10,009 bases of DNA from Octopus sinensis (lineage: Eukaryota). A model generated the notes under the pieces. That model saw only the letters and a list, made by a program, of their open reading frames with translations. It had not been told where the DNA came from and searched no databases. The DNA is taken from assembly GCF_006345805.1 (NCBI RefSeq), contig NW_021827799.1, positions 1 through 10,009 of the forward strand, given 5' to 3'. Shown here piece by piece: positions 9,480-10,009 of this stretch (positions are counted from its first letter, which is position 1; every line of letters starts with the position of its first letter). The position numbers and the translations under genes were made by a program.

Positions 9480-10009
9480 TTCTCAAATGTTTTCAGGATA
9501 GAAAATTCAAAATATTTCAAATGTGTACTTGAAAAAAAAATAGTTTGTGATCTCTTAGGTAAATATAAGCTATATGAGTGATAATAAGCTTATATTTATC
9601 AAGGAGATCACTAAATTCTAAGAAGTTTTCAGGTTAGAAAATGTCAAAATATTTCAAATGTTACTTGAAAACAAAAAAAAAATTTATTGTCTGTTAGGTA
9701 ATATAAGCTAATGAGTGATAATAAGCTTATATTTATCCAAGAGATCACTAAATTCTCAAACTTTTCAGTTAGAAAATGTCAAAATATTTCAAATGTGTAC
9801 TTGAAAGACAAAAAAATTTGTGATCTGTTAGTAATATAAGCTATATGAGTGATAATAAGCTTATATTTTTCCAAGAGATCACTAAATTCTCAAAAGTTTT
9901 CAGGTTAGAAAATGTCAAAATATTTCAAATGTGTACTTGAATAACAAATAAAGTTTGTTGTCTGTTAGGTGAATATAAGCTATATGAGTGATAATAAGCT
10001 TATATTTAT
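9480..10009. repeat. Second copy of the 5645-6172 block, truncated by the window end
   Basis: AGGATAG occurs at 9495 vs 5661, an offset of 3834 bp or 28 monomers. The same variant series follows. Confidence 0.9.

Larger units (their letters stand above)
1..10009. repeat. Satellite-type tandem array, 141-bp monomer, about 72.5 copies, all in the same orientation, running off both window ends
   Basis: Consensus read by eye: AAAAACAAAAAAAAATTTTGTGATCTGTTAGGTAAATATAAGCTATATGAGTGATAATAAGCTTATATTTATCCAAGAGATCACTAAATTCTCAAAAGTTTTCAGGTTAGAAAATGTCAAAATATTTCAAATGTGTACTTG (141 nt, 34 G+C). The landmark GTGTACTTG or a variant occurs at 121, 262, 402, 541 ... 9795, 9931 (72 times). Spacing is about 141 in clean stretches such as 4690/4831/4972/5113 and averages about 138. 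Each consensus unit has one HindIII (AAGCTT), one RsaI (GTAC), one SspI (AATATT) and two GATC sites. Confidence 0.98.

Noticed and set aside
1-10009. CRISPR array or attC/integron-like cassette array, suggested by regularly spaced palindromes
   Set aside because: The sequence between palindromes is as conserved as the palindromes themselves. There are no unique spacers or cassettes, and no cas or integrase genes.
1-10009. Assignment to a named satellite family, CENP-B box, or telomeric repeat
   Set aside because: Similar monomer length alone is not evidence of homology. A CENP-B box needs CpGs, which the consensus lacks. The TTAGG within each unit is single, not tandem.

Overview
The whole 10,009-bp window is one uninterrupted head-to-tail tandem array of a very AT-rich 141-bp monomer (about 72.5 copies by manual count; consensus about 24% GC, no CpG). 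It has the form of a eukaryotic satellite DNA. I do not recognise the family or organism. I see no credible protein or RNA genes, no CRISPR array and no intact mobile element; the three ORFs are artefacts of the repeat. What deserves a second look is internal: (1) a 25-31 bp quasi-palindrome in every monomer, whose recurrent variants often copy the opposite arm; (2) a templated snap-back insertion in one hairpin loop and several microhomology deletions; (3) linked monomer subtypes; (4) irregular multi-monomer block duplications instead of a regular higher-order repeat; (5) patches rich in 1-bp deletions that probably reflect long-read error. I found no new gene system here.
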